This document shows, in pieces, positions 1-13,489 of a stretch of DNA of 64,000 bases. Origin of the DNA: Pristiophorus japonicus (Eukaryota); assembly GCF_044704955.1 (NCBI RefSeq), contig NC_091981.1:177940001-178004000 (forward strand), given 5' to 3'. A program made the position numbers and the translations under genes. The notes below the pieces were generated by a model. It had not been told where the DNA came from. It saw only the letters and a program-made list of their open reading frames with translations, and made no database searches. Numbering within the stretch: position 1 is the stretch's first letter; each line of letters opens with the position of its first letter.

Positions 1-436
1 CAAATTGTTTCCCAAAATAAGTTACCTCCTTCAGCAGAGATGGGGAATGGGGAAAAATACAAAGGAAAATTAGAAAGGAAAAAGTAGAACCACCACAGAG
101 TGGTTGCATCACTAGGGGAGCATTTGGCTCTAAACGTTATACTTTTTAAAATTATAAAAACACTTGAAATACCATGCAGGAAACATTAAACATAAGCCAG
201 AGAGACAGCTGGTGATCCAATAATAAACAACATTATTACTATTTAGAAAATGGATACTGCGATTCCTATTATGTCAATATTGGGTAGTCATTATCCGATC
301 TATCCCAATGAATTCTCACACATTTCCAGAAATATAAACATAGTCAGTTAACAGAGGTTATCTCTAAGTATTGACAACTTTGAGAAGTTCTACTGAGTCG
401 TGTGGAAAAAAAAATAGTATGAATGGCAGGTCAATA

Positions 437-590
437 TCCTGGAATCCCCCACCTGACATCATTGTGGGGGTATCATCACCGCAAGGACTACAACAGTTCA
501 AGGAGAAAGTCCACTACCACCTTCTCAGTGATGGCGAATAAATGCAGCCTGGCCAAGAAACTCCCACGTCACATCAACATATCCTTCTCT
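437..590 (+). mobile_element. Degraded 3' end of a CR1-group LINE
   Basis: Resembles the 'cagcggttcaagaagg..caccaccttctc..ggcaataaatgc.ggcc' LINE 3' terminus (recalled, not aligned). Confidence 0.45.
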
Positions 591-594
591 CAAA

Positions 595-720
595 AAAACA
601 GACTTGCATTTATATAGCGTCTTTCACACCCACCGGACGTCTCAAAGTGCTTTACAGCCAATGAAGTACTCTTTTTGCAATATAGTCACTGTTGTAATGC
701 AAGAAAAACAGATCACTAAA
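595..720 (-). mobile_element. SINE 3' fragment with L2-like tail (SacSINE/Deu-SINE-like)
   Basis: 'acttgcatttatatagcgtctttcac..caaagtgctttacagccaatgaagtac' is the reverse complement of an L2-type tail; a related fragment lies at about 12314-12500. Confidence 0.55.
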
Positions 721-929
721 GAGATGTTAAACGTTTTCCTAAACTTATGTTACATAACTAAAAATATGTTAACAGTGCAAAACCTTTTTGCTGTTTGCAT
801 TCATTTTGAATGTGCGACAAAATAATATTGGGCAAAAAAGATGAGGTCAACTGCACTAAGGTACAGTTTTACTCTTCTTTTCTGATGGCTGTTCGCTGAT
901 CAAACAGGACATTCGCCTATCTTGCTGCA

Positions 930-3680
930 CTCGTTCTTCTCACCGCACTCGCCCTACTTGCCCCTCTCACCCCGCTCACCCCACTCACCCCGTTTGGCCC
1001 CCCCCACCCCGCTGGCCCCTCACATCCCACTCACCCCTCACGCCCCACTCGTCCCCTCGCCCCGCTCACCCCTCCTGCCACACTCGCCCCGCTCATCCCT
1101 CTCACCCCTCCCGCTCCGTTCACCTCTCTGTCCCCTCCCGTCCCTCTTGCCTCTCCTGCCCACTCGCCCCTCTCTCTGCTCCTGCCCCGCTCCCGCCTAG
1201 TTCTCCCCTCCCACCCCGCTCTCTCCTCCTGCCCCGCTCGCCCCTCCCGCCCCGCTCGCCCCTCCCGCCCCGTTCTCCCCTCCCGCCCCGCTCGTCCCTC
1301 CTGCCCCGCTCGTCCCTCCTGCCCCGCTCGCCCCTCACACCCTGCTCGCCCCTCACACCCTGCTCACCCCTCACACCCTGCTCACCCCTCCCGCCCCGCT
1401 CGCCCCTCACACCCTGCTCGCCCCTCCCGCCCCGCTCGCCCCTCACACCCTGCTCGCCCCTCCCGCCCCGCTCGCCCCTCACACCCTGCTCGTCCCTCCC
1501 GCCCCGCTCGCCCCTCCCACCCTGCTCGTCCCTCCCGCCCCGCTCGTCCCTCCCGCCCTGCTCGCCCCTCACACCCTGCTCGCCCCTCACACCCTGCTCG
1601 CCCCTCACACCCTGCTCGCCCCTCCCGCCCTGCTCACCCTGCTCTCCCCTCCTGCCCCGCTCGCCCCTCCCGCCCCGCTCGCCTCTCCCACCCTGCTCTC
1701 CCCTCCCGCCCCGCTCGTCCCTCCCGCCCCGCTCTCCCCTCCCGCCCCGCTCGCCCCTCACACCCTGCTCGCCCCTCACACCCCGCTCGCCCCTCCCACC
1801 CTGCTCGTCCCTCCCGCCCCGCTCGTCCCTCCTGCCCCGCTCGTCCCTCCCGCCCTGCTCGCCCCTCACACCCTGCTCGCCCCTCACACCCTGCTCGCCC
1901 CTCCCGCCCTGCTCACCCTGCTCTCCCCTCCTGCCCCGCTCGCCCCTCCCGCCCCGCTCGCCCCTCACACCCCGCTCTCCCCTCCCGCCCCGCTCGTCCC
2001 TCCCGCCCCGCTCTCCCCTCCCGCCCCGCTCGCCCCTCACACCCTGCTCTCCCCTCCCGCCCCGCTCGTCCCTCCCGCCCCGCTCTCCCCTCCCGCCCCG
2101 CTCGCCCCTCACACCCTGCTCTCCCCTCCCGCCCCGCTCGTCCCTCCCGCCCTGCTCTCCCCTCCCGCCCCGCTCGTCCCTCCCGCCCCGCTCGCCCCTC
2201 ACACCCTGCTCGTCCCTCCCGCCCCGCTCGCCCCTCACACCCTGCTCGCCCCTCACACCCTGCTCGCCCCTCCCACCCTGCTCACCCCTCACACCCTGCT
2301 CGCCCCTCACACCCTGCTCGCCCCTCCCGCCCCGCTCACCCCTCACACCCTGCTCGCCCCTCACACCCTGCTCGCCCCTCACACCCTGCTCTCCCCTCCT
2401 GCCCCGCTCGTCCCTCCCGCCCTGCTCGTCCCTCCTGCCCCGCTCGCCCCTCACACCCTGCTCGCCCCTCACACCCTGCTCGCCCCTCCCACCCTGCTCA
2501 CCCCTCACACCCTGCTCGCCCCTCCCGCCCCTCACACCCTGCTCTCCCCTCCTGCCCCGCTCGTCCCTCCCGCCCTGCTCGTCCCTCCTGCCCCGCTCGC
2601 CCCTCACACCCTGCTCGCCCCTCACACCCTGCTCGTCCCTCCTGCCCCGCTCGCCCCTCACACCCTGCTCGCCCCTCACACCCCGCTCGTCCCTCCTGCC
2701 CCGCTCGCCCCTCACACCCTGCTCGTCCCTCCTGCCCCGCTCGTCCCTCCTGCCCCGCTCGTCCCTCCCGCCCTGCTCGCCCCTCACACCCCGCTCGCCC
2801 CTCCCGCCCTGCTCGCCCCTCACACCCCGCTCGCCCCTCCCGCCCCGCTCGCCCCTCACACCCCGCTCGCCCCTCACACCCCGCTCGTCCCTCCTGCCCC
2901 GCTCGCCCCTCACACCCTGCTCGTCCCTCCTGCCCCGCTCGCCCCTCACACCCTGCTCGCCCCTCACACCCCGCTCGTCCCTCCTGCCCCGCTCGCCCCT
3001 CACACCCCGCTCGTCCCTCCTGCCCCGTTCGTCCCTCCCGCCCCGCTCGCCCCTCACACCCTGCTCGCCCCTCCCGCCCTGCTCACCCTGCTCTCCCCTC
3101 CTGCCCCACTCGTCCCTCCCGCCCCGCTCGCCCTGCTCTCCCCTCCTGCCCCGCTCGCCCCTCCCGCTCCGCTCGTCCCTCCCGCCCCGCTCGCCCCTCA
3201 CACCCTGCTCTCCCCTCACACCCTGCTCACCCCTCACACCCTGCTCACCCCTCACACCCTGCTCGCCCCTCACACCCTGCTCACCCCTCACACCCTGCTC
3301 GCCCCTCACACCCTGCTCGCCCCTCACACCCTGCTCGCCCCTCACACCCTGCTCGCCCCTCACGCCGCTCTCGCCCTCACGCCCCACTCGCCCCGCTCAC
3401 CCCTCCTGCCCCACTCGCCCCGCTCATCCCTCTCACCCCTCCCACCCCGTTCACCTCTCTGTCCCCTCCCGTCCCTCTTGTCTCTCCTGCCCCGCTCGCC
3501 CCTCTCTCTGCTCCTGCCCCACTCCCGCCTAGTTCTCCCCTCCCGCCCCGCTCTCTCCTCCTGCCCCGCTCACCCCGCTCGCCCCTCTCTCCCTGTTCAC
3601 CCCTCCTGTCCCGTTCCCTCCTCCCACCCCGCTTGCCCCTCTCACCCCGCCTGCCCCTCCTGCCCTCCTGCCCCTCTCGA
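930..3680. repeat. C-rich minisatellite, 9-bp monomers in 18-bp pairs (e.g. CCCTGCTCG CCCCTCACA)
   Basis: Directly visible tandem array; a block of about 190 bp (1040-1240) recurs at 3380-3570. Confidence 0.95.
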
Positions 3681-4027
3681 TTTAATGGAGGAGAGAGATA
3701 GAGAGGTGAGGGAGGGAACTCCAGAGCTTTAGGGGTGGACTTTGGGCTTTTAGTATTTTGAGGCGTTAATCGCAGCGGGGCGTTAAAATTAGCGCCTGAG
3801 AATAGTTTGTGCCTTTGACTTCAAGTTTCGGCGAAAATGTAAGTTGGAGGAGCGTTGGTGTTAAGTCAGGTGTTGCACAACGGACTTTGTGCTCCTGAGC
3901 CGAAGCTTGCAGTATTAAAGGAGGCGGCCATTTTGCGCATGTGCATTGAAAAAAAAATTTTTCTTGGCACGACAGCTTCCTGCGCGCATGCGCATATAAA
4001 CCGCTCCACTTCAGCAACTTCCGCCAA

Positions 4028-4806
4028 GATGGAGGAGCAGGAAGGAAGGCAGCATGCCAGGCGCTTCTCCAACAAGGTGAGTGAGGCCTTTGTCAACGCA
4101 GTAAAGAGGAGGTGGTCCTCACTCCATCTTGCTGGGGGAGTCAGATCACTCCCACCTGTATTTAAGAGTCTGTGGAGGGAGAATTGGGACACAATGTCGG
4201 AAAAAGTTCAACGACCTTACTAGGTTCATCTGAGCTCATTCACATTTATGTATGCCTCCTTTCCTTCTAACATGAATCTCACACACTATGTGAAGTCTTT
4301 CATGCATATGGTCCCTCTCAAAAGTCTTGTTGTCTGTGGGGTGGGTTTCACAATGCATAAGAAGGCTTACTTTTGCACCTATTTCCTTCTAATGATCGAT
4401 ACACATGATCTCACTAATTTACATCCTTCTCACAATACACTCCCACTGCTGATGTGGCTTTCAGAAAGATCATGTACAGCACCTATGTTACATCCCTGTA
4501 ACCTCCTAACAATCGCTCACGGAGCTCATGCAACACCAAAACAGATTGAAGCCACTGGAACATTCACACAGTATCACCTATTGTACTATGGTAGGCATAT
4601 GTACCACAACAGTAGAGAAACCCTTTCTGAACCCTTCCTATTTTTCTCTTTGCAGTCGAAGCACTCCCACAACAGGAGGGAGCAGCTGCGCACAGGCGGG
4701 GGGCCGTCTCAAATACCATCACTTACTGATGTCGATGAACGAGTGTCGGCCCTCATTGGAGTAGCAATTGCCGGGTGTGATGCTGAGTCCCCTTCGGGTA
4801 GTGAGG
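4028..4806 (+). pseudogene. Harbinger Myb/SANT-like gene remnant (2 exons)
   Basis: Exon 1 MEEQEGRQHARRFS..W, frameshifted to QCRKKFNDLTR; exon 2 follows tctttgcag: SKHSHNRREQLRTGGGP, ending at donor gtatgt. Confidence 0.75.
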
Positions 4807-4871
4807 GTATGTAAATGTCCACAATGCGGGAGGCAGACTCCTCCACGCTCCTGACCACTTGCAACAGCCTG

Positions 4872-6050
4872 TCAGGCCACCAAGAGCTGGGATTGCATGA
4901 TGTCCACCCTTTTTTCATAAGCCCCAACATCGATGGGCTCGTCTGAGTCCTCTGCAGCAGAACTCGCATGTGAAATCGCCCCCCAGAGAGGTTCCCTTGG
5001 CCCTTGACCATGCTGCAGTCCACTAGGCCCCAGTGCATCACCCAGTGCAGACCCCTCTCTTGAATCTACCTGACTCGACTGTGCGCTCACAGTATCTGAG
5101 CTGGAGGGTGTGAGAGTAGGAAGCAGTGGCACGGTGCTGCCAGTACTGTCCCCCTTTTCCTCGGCCTCATCAGACATGCCGGTAATATCTGCCAAGGCCT
5201 GAAGGGTGTCCTCCTGACCCTGGCTGCCAGTCGCCTCAAGGGTGTGTCTGTCTCGCTACGGCTCACACTCGGGGTCTCATCTGCAATCATAAATGGGACA
5301 AGGGGTGCCGTCAGGGTAAGGTGGTGCAATGCACAATGCAGCAAGCAACTTGCACACAAGCATATGCAATTGCCAGGTAGGTGATTGCACTTTCAGTGAG
5401 AGATGGCATTGGACGAAGGACTTCACTTACCCAAGCTGCCCCCAGGGGGATCAGCGCGACTGCCGGCCGCAGGGAAGTTAACATGCATGCCGGGGAGCTG
5501 TTGCACCCTGTCCTCCAGATCAGTCAGCTGTTGTGTTTCAGCCTCGCCCCCACCAGTCATCGCTTGCTGGGAACGGTTGTGCGATACCTTGCCCTGCAAA
5601 GCAAAGAAGAGTTGCTGAGTAGCAGCGTCATAAAGCCTCGGCAATTAGTGCAAGTGTGGGTCCATCACATGCAGGTGTAACTCTGACATGAAAGGGGAGC
5701 CTCCATTGCGCGTTTGCACACATATATATACAGGCCTCAGCAATCAAATGTGCTTCAGTGACTATGTAGTGTTGAAGAGAAAGAAGAGAAGGTGAAGGAG
5801 AGGCTCGCAGATGGAAGGTGAGGAGTTGGAGGGACATGTACTCACTTTCGTCACTCGAATGAGGTCATTGAGCCTTTTCTGGCGTCGGGTGGTGATGCGC
5901 GGATGAATGGAGGGCCCCGATACCTCCTCAGCGATTTTTCTCCAGGCATTGGTAAATACGCTCCGAGTGGGTCAGCCTCCTTCACGCCACAGCTTCCAGC
6001 AGGGTTTCATCGCTGAAGCAGCTGGCCCTCCTCAAAGGTCTCCCATCAGC
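4872..6050 (-). pseudogene. Second Harbinger Myb/SANT-like gene remnant (3 exons)
   Basis: AWRKIAEEVS..RQKRLNDLIRVTK|gtgagt; exon 2 follows ttgcag: GKVSHNRSQQAMTGGG, donor gtaagt; exon 3 follows attgcag near 5280. Confidence 0.75.
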
Positions 6051-6877
6051 CATCTCCTCTCAAGCAACAGAGACCAAACTCAGTGCTCAGGGCCGAGCTG
6101 AAAAACCTGCACTTTAAGGCGCCCAGGGAGCAGCTGCCTCGTTGTAAGCAATTGGTCAGCAGCTGAATTTCATGGTCCTAAGGCCACTCTGCATCCACAC
6201 CGCTGCAAACAGCCCATTTCCACCTGCAATACCGCTCCGCTCCTTTTTACCACCAAAAGCACTGAATTTTGCTCTAATTACCGCCACATCCATTGCGGCG
6301 GCAGTGAATGCCAAAAAGTGGTCGATGCGCCCCATTTTGGGTGGAGGGCAATTTCGGCCCCTGCCTTTTAGATTTGTTCTTTAGATTCAGTAACTCAAGT
6401 CATATTTTGGTTTCATTGTAAATCTTTCATTCAAATATTGTTTGCTCCTTCCCTTTGCTTTAAAGTTTAGAGGCAGATGTAAAATGGTAAAGGGCATTGT
6501 GCCATTTGCCTCTTTTTAATATTCATGAATAAATTTAAGTTTAGAAATCTATTAGTTATACAGTTAACACAGTAATACATAATTGTGTCCTAGCTCCTCT
6601 TCCCATGGCATGATACGGTGAAAGATGAGATTATGAGCCGAATAGGAAAAGTTAGCACACCTAGCAAGAAAAGAAACAGCTTAACTAGCCAAATAGTTAA
6701 ACTGCATGTATTACTGCAGTTATTATTTGGATGGTGTCTAATACAAACCTGTAATCCAATCTTGAGATGGATTAAAAACAGCTCAAGTTTAATTTCTGTG
6801 GTCTGTGACATTACTGGAAGCAGCTCGATTGTATTACTGTTCAAGCCAGCTATTATCCTATCTACATCAAAATAAAA

Positions 6878-7748
6878 ATAACAATTTGTATTTAGATAGC
6901 GCCTTTAACGTCACCAGGCTCTTCACAGGAGTGTTATGAAACACAATTTAATATCGAGCCACATAAGGAGATATTCAGGCAGATGACCAAAAGCTTGGTC
7001 AAAAAGGTAGGTTTTTAAGGAGTGTGTTAAAGGAGAAAAGAGAGGTAGAGAGGCGGAGAGGTTTAGGCAGGGAGTCCCAGAGCTTGGCGTCTAGGTAACA
7101 GAAGGCACAGCCACCAATGGTGGAGCGATTATAATCAGTGATGCGCAAGAGGCCAGAATTGGAGAAGCGCAGAGATCTTGCAGGGTTGTGGGGCTAAAGG
7201 AGATTACAGAGATAGGGAGGGTCAAGGCCATGGAGGGATTTCAAAGCAAGAATGAGAATTTTAAAATTGAGGCATTGCTTAACCGGCAGCCAAGGTAGGT
7301 CAGCAAGCACAGGGATAATGTGTGAACGGGACTTGGTGCAAGTTAGGACACAGGCAGCAGAGTTTTGGATGACCTCAAATTTACAGAGTGTGGAAGATGG
7401 GCGGCCAGCCAGGAGTGTTTTGGAATAGTCAAGTCTAGAGGTAACAAAGGCATGGATGAGGGTTTCGCAGCAGATGAATTGATGCAAGGGCGGAGACGGG
7501 CGATATTGCCGAGGTGTAAATAGGCAGTTTTAGTGATGGCACGGATGCGTGGTCGGAAGCTCATCTCGGAGTCAAATACAACACCAAGATTGCGAACAGT
7601 CTGGTTCAATCTCAGACAGTTGCCAGGGAGATGGATGGAGTTGGTGGCTAGGGAACGGAGCTTGTGATGGGGACTGAAGACAATGGCTTCGGTCTTCCCA
7701 ATTTTTAGTTGGAGGAAATTTTGGCTCATCCAGTACTTGATGTCGGAC
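6878..7748 (-). mobile_element. L2 LINE 3' fragment
   Basis: WMSQNFLQLKIGKTE, VRNLGVVFD, LIHAFVTSRLDYS, LPWLPV; L2 tail near 6880. Confidence 0.9.
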
Positions 7749-8318
7749 CGTGGTGGGGTCAGGAGAGGTGGGTGATGTAAAGCTGGGTACATGTGCAACA
7801 AACCCCCTTCTGTCACTCTGTAACACCCAGCTGGAATACTGTGTGCAGTTTTGGTTTCCATAGTTACGAAAGGATATACTTGCTTTGGAGGCAGTTCAGA
7901 GAAGGTTCACTAGGTTGATTCCGGGGATGAGGCGATTGACTTTTGAGGAACGGTTGAGTAGGTTGGGCCTCTACTCATTGGAATTCAGAAGAATGAGAGG
8001 TGATCTTATTGAAACGTATAAGATTATGAGGGGGCTTGACAAGGTGGATGCAGAGAGAATGTTTCCACTGGTGGGGGAGACTAGAACTAGAGGGCATGAT
8101 CTTAGAATAAGGGGCCGCCCATTTAAAACTGAGATGAGGAGAAATTTCTTCTCTCAGAGGGTTGTGGATCTGTGGAATTCACTGCCTCAGAGAGCTGTGG
8201 AAGCTGGGACATTAAATAAATTTAAGACAGAAATAGACAGTTTCTTAAACAATAAGGGGATAAGGGGTTATGGGGAGCGGGTAGGGAAGTGGAGCTGAGT
8301 CCATGATCAGATCAGCCA

Positions 8319-11300
8319 TAGAAACATAGGGCCCAAGTTTCCACATGATTTGCGCCTGATTTTTAGGAGCAACTGGTGGAGAACGGACTATCTTAGAAAT
8401 CGCAATTCTCCACATTTTTTTTTCTGCAGTTCTCGTCAGGTAGAACAGTTCTACTTTGGAACAGAATTTTTTCTGACGCCACTGACGTCTGATTTGAAAG
8501 TTTCCACAGTGAAAATGTACTCCAAACTAAAGTAGAATGGAGCCAGTGAAGATTTTTGTAGAACTGAAAAAACCTGTTCTACACATTAAAAAATCAGGCG
8601 CAGGTTACAAATTAGGCGTCCAGAACGAGGTGGGGGGGGAAGGGAACTCATTAAATTCTACAATAAATCCTTATTTATACTTCTACAAATATTATACAAA
8701 TAAATCCAACCTGAATAAACATTTATAAACCAAGAAAAGATTAAATAAACCATCTTCCTATCTGTGTGAAAGTGCTTCAGCCAGGGAGAATTCTGCAGCC
8801 GTNNNNNNNNNNNNNNNNNNNNNNNNNNNNNNNNNNNNNNNNNNNNNNNNNNNNNNNNNNNNNNNNNNNNNNNNNNNNNNNNNNNNNNNNNNNNNNNNNN
8901 NNNNNNNNNNNNNNNNNNNNNNNNNNNNNNNNNNNNNGGGTGTCGGGTCGGGTCTGGTCGGCGGGGGGGGGGGGGGAGGGAGCGGGTGTCGGGTCGGGTC
9001 TGGTCGGCGGGAGGGGGGGCGGGGAGCGGGTGTTGGGTCTGGTCTGGAGGCAGGGGGGAGCGGGTGTCGGGTCGGTCGGGGGCAGGGGGGGTGGGGGGAA
9101 GCAGGAGCTGGCCGTGGGAGGAGCCTTATTCACGCAGCCCCAGTGAAGCCATTCAGCCAGGGCTTGGGGCTGCGTGCTTTGGGCCCCTCCCACACAGTTC
9201 GGCGCCTGGAGCTACTGCACTTGCGTGCTGAATGTAGCGCGCATGTGCAGAGGTCCCGGCACTGCTTTCAGCGCAGGGACCTGGCTCCGCCCCCCCACAG
9301 CTCGTGCTGGCTGCGCCGAGGGCCAGAGGACCTGTAAGTAGGTGGAGAATACCGAGGATTTTTTTAGGCGCCGTTTTAGGCGCGAAAAACGGGCGCCCAG
9401 CTCGGAGGGTCGCCCGTTTTTTTTCTTGTGGAAACTTGGGCCCATAGAAATATAGAAAATAGGTGCAGGAGTAGGCCATCCGGCCCTTCGAGCCTGCACC
9501 ACCATTCAATAAGATCATGGCTGATCATTCCTTCAGCACCCCGTTCCTGCTTTCTCTCCATACGCTTTGATCCCTTTAGCCGTAAGGGCCATATCTAACT
9601 CCCTCTTGAATATACCCAGTGAATTGGCATCAACAACTCTCTGCGGTAGGGAATTCCACAGGTTAACAACTCTCTGAGTGAAGAAGTTCCTCCTCATCTC
9701 AGTCCTAAATGGCTTACCCTTTATCCTCAGATTGTGTCCCCTGGTTCTGGACTTCCCCAACATTGAGAACATTCTTCCTGCGTCTAACCTGTCCAGTCCA
9801 GTCAGAATTTTATATGTTTCTATGAGATCCCATCTCATCCTTCTAAACTCCAGTGAATACCGGCCCAGTCGATCCAGTCTCTCCTCATATGTCAGTCCTG
9901 CCATCCCGGGAATCAGTCTGGTGAACCTTCGCTGCACTCCCTCAATAGCAAGAATGTCCTTCCTCAGATTAGGAGACCAAAACTGAACACAATATTACAG
10001 GCCCTGTACAACTGCAGTAAGACTTCCCTGCTCCTATACTCAAACCCCCTTGCTATGAAGGCCAACATACCATTTGCCTTCTTCACCGCCTGCTGTACCT
10101 GCATGCCAACCTTCAATGACTGATGAACCATGACACCCAGGTCTCATTGCACCTCTCCTTTTCCTAATCTGCCTTCATTCAGATAATATTCTGCCTCCGT
10201 GTTTTTGCCCCCAAAGTGGATAACCTCAATTTATCCACATTATACTGCATCTGCTATGTATTTGCCCACTCACCTAACCAGTCCAAATCACCCTGCAGCC
10301 TCTTAGCGTCCTCCTCACAGCTCACACCGCCACCCAGTTTAGTGTCATCTGCAAACCTGGAGATATCACTCTCAATTCCTTCATCTAAATCATTAATATA
10401 TATTGTAAATAGCTGGGGTCCCAGCATTAAGCCCTGCAGCACCCCACTAGTCACTGCCTGCCATTCTGAAAAGGATCCGTTAATCCCAACTCTCTGCTTC
10501 CTGTCTGCCAACCAGTTCTCTATCCACGTCAGTATATTACCCCCAATACCATGTGCTTTGATTTTGCGCACCAATTTCTTGTGTGGGACCTTGACAAAAG
10601 CCTTTTGAAAGTCCAAATACACCACATCCACTGGTTTTCCCTTGTCCACTCTACTAGTTACATCCTCAAAAAATTCCAGAAGATTTGACAAGCATGATTT
10701 CCCTTTCATAAATTCATGCTGACTTGGACCGATCCTGTCACTGCTTTTCAAATGCGCTGCTATTTCATCTTTAATAATTGATTCCAACATTTTCCCCACT
10801 ACTGATGTCAGGCTAACCGGTCTATAATTACCCGTTTTCTCTTTCCATCCTTTTTTAAAAAGTGGTGTTACATTAGCAACCCTCCAATCCATAGGAACTG
10901 ATCCAGAGTCAATAGACTGTTGGAAAATTATCACCAATGCATCCACTATTTCTAGGGCCACTTCCTTAAGTACTCTGGGATGTAGACTATCAGGCCCTGG
11001 GGATTTATCGGCCTTCAATCCCATCAATTTCCCTAACACAATTTCCCGCCTAATAAGGATATCCTTCAGTTCCTCCTTCTCACTAGACCCTCGGTCCCCT
11101 AGTATATCCGGAAGGTTATTTGTGTCCTCCTTTGTGAAGACAGAACCAAAGTACTTATTCAATTGGTCTGCCATTTCTTTGTTCCCCATTATAAATTCAC
11201 CCGAATCTGACTGCAAGGGACCTACATTTGTCTTCACTAATCTTTTTCTCTTCACATATCTATAGAAGCTTTTGCAGTCATTTTTTTATGTTTCCGGCAA

Positions 11301-11401
11301 GCTTCCTCTCGTACTCTATTTTCCCCCTCTTAATTAAACCCTTTGTCCTCCTCTGCTGTATTCTAAATTTCTCCCAGTACTCCGGCTTGCTACTTTTTCT
11401 G
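8319..11401 (-). mobile_element. 5'-truncated CR1 with RT domain, its tail interrupted by a MITE
   Basis: 333-aa ORF with KSPGPD, NYRPVSLTS, YLDFQKAF, FADDTKL; (CATAGAAA)n rc tail at 8317-8328 and 9444-9459. Confidence 0.92.
8329..9443. mobile_element. Non-autonomous Harbinger-type element (family A, copy 1)
   Basis: Perfect 17-bp TIR GGGCCCAAGTTTCCACA, 3-bp TSD ATA, internal G-rich repeat and a 135-N gap. Confidence 0.88.
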
Positions 11402-11779
11402 GCTATGATCTTATTGAATGACGGAGCAGGCTTGAGGGGCCGTCTGGCCTACTCCTGCTCCTATTTCTTATGTTCTTATGTTCTTATTAGCACCTCTACG
11501 TGTATAAAAGATAGGGTTCAGGAAGGCTAATCCTGTCTACAAACTCCGACAGCAGTCATGTCTCAAGTATCAAAATGGAAGGCACTGATTCAGGCTGAGA
11601 TCTGTGCCTGTGTGCGCGTTATTTGCGCATGCATCCATGTTCAGAGTGCTGGAAGTGCAGTGGAACATTAGATTTATCTGCATAGCTATCCATCAAAATG
11701 GGGAGATGTGGGAGGATGATGTATTGTAAAAAGGGAAAGGAGCCGTTTATTTTTTTTGTATCAGATGATAACATTAAGT

Positions 11780-12200
11780 GTTCTTAAAAAGCTTCCAGGA
11801 ATGGTTTCAATCAAGTGCAGTCTTCCCTTACATTTACTGCCACCATAACATACCTCAATCTGCATGCACCCTGAGATGAGCACACTACTATACCAGTGTG
11901 ACTTCTCCATTTTCACACATTGTCTGTAAACCAGATTGCTGAATTAGTACTAATCAGTATCAAACTCCTTTGGTTTTTCTGACAAAGTGTGTTTCCAGTG
12001 AAAATGGAATGATACTATGCTTGAGTATACTTGTCAGCACATTTACATACACATGTGTTGAAGGGGACAGAGAGGGACAGGACATGGCTTGGAGCTCCTG
12101 TCATTTTGATAGAAATTGTTTGCTGTGCCAGCTGGTCAATGAGGCACAGGAAGAAGTCAAATAGCCAAAGGCAATTATAATCAAAGTGATTTCTAACTAT
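11780..12200 (-). mobile_element. Possible ancient L2-like RT remnant
   Basis: Faint likeness to the GVPQGS/NVGKT motifs in broken frames. Confidence 0.3.
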
Positions 12201-13086
12201 ATTGTGTCCCATGCAAAGTGAAGGAATCCTCCAACAAAATTTGAACTAAGAAATACTCTGATCTCATTTCAAAAGAAAATATTAACTTTAATTGTGAAGT
12301 TTAAAGAAATTAGAATCTGCATTAATATAGTGCTGTACCACTTTTCTCTGAAATATCTCCAAGTGCTTCACTTAAAATGAACAACTTTGAAGTGAGGTGA
12401 TTGGCAGCCATTTTCCAGACAGCAAGCTCCTACAAACAACTTTGCAATTACTGACCAGTTAATAGGTGTTTTTGGTGATATTCATTTATTTTCCATGGCG
12501 ACAGAAGTATGAGAGTTATAAGAACCAGTGATTGTTGTGGTGTAGACTTAGATGTTTGTTCCCACCCCCAACCATTTATAGTCACCTTAATTTAAGCACC
12601 AGAGGGAGACTATACAGGATTAGTTAATTGAAGCCCGGGAGTTAAAATGGCTGGGGCTTGATGCTGAGTTTCCCGTGGGGGAATTCCCTCCCACCCTGCA
12701 CTCCCGCCGACCCAAAGCACGCACGCAATTAAAATGTTCCTTAGCAAACGACAGTCAGCGCTGCCTGGGAAGAGATGGCTGAGCAGGTGAATGCAGTTCC
12801 TGCAATAAAGAGCTCGCTGTCCCAGATGAGGAAAAATCTTAACACCTTGTCTCCACAGGCAGCTCGTGCATTTGAGGAGCACAAATGTGCTGGCAGCTTG
12901 TTTCACTCATGCAAATAAGGGGTGGCCCAAAACCTGGGATTGCTCTTGTTCCTCTCACTTCACACCAGATTTCTGCTGGGAGACAAAAATCGACCCATTG
13001 TAGTATTGACTAAGTTATTCCTTCCTTATTTCACTGGTGCTGAGGATAATTACTGTTTTAGATTGATGCATTATGGAATTCAAAAC

Positions 13087-13259
13087 TGAAAATGCTGTGT
13101 AATAAAAATTCAATGTCATTTATTCAATCACCTTAAATCAGTGGACCTGATAATTTATTGTGTACTACACATGTCCTCTGCAATTAAGAGCAAATACCCC
13201 AGAAATCAATTATCTGATTTCTGCTATTTTATTTACTTACTTTTTTCTCCTTTTCTGAC
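13087..13259 (+). repeat. Direct duplicate (about 170 bp) of 13711-13881
   Basis: Near-identical sequence that includes the flank plus the left TIR of the TTAA MITE. Confidence 0.9.
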
Positions 13260-13489
13260 AGTGAAAGTCCATGCTTGGATATCTTCTGGAATTTTGCTGA
13301 GTGGGGTAATTTTTCATGTATAAGCACATGAGCAATAGTATGAATAACAAGTTCACTGTGCTTATACATGCATTGCCAGGATGGGATGAGTCACCTGGAG
13401 GAATATGCTACTGTCGGTTAGGAATCTCCTTCCTAAGCGTATTTTGAATTACCAGTCTACTGGCAAAGCTAATGTGTTAGGGTTTCCCC

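Larger units (their letters stand above)
3732..6361. mobile_element. Harbinger-derived element(s) with two convergent Myb/SANT-like genes and no transposase
   Basis: Termini GGGGTGGACTTT and (rc) GGGGCCGAAATT are an imperfect match with no TSD; Myb exons on both strands. Confidence 0.7.
7823..11487 (+). mobile_element. CR1 3' fragment whose 3'UTR is split (7823-8318 and 11402-11487)
   Basis: EAVQRRFTRLIPG..YSLEFRRMRGDLIE; the 3'UTR resumes at 11402 with a (TTCTTATG)n tail. Confidence 0.9.

Noticed and set aside
1120-3387. 755-aa collagen-like Gly-X-Y ORF
   Set aside because: It follows from a stop-free 9-bp repeat: non-ATG start, no Pro, frequent Gly-to-Asp/Arg breaks, no signal peptide or collagen exon structure.
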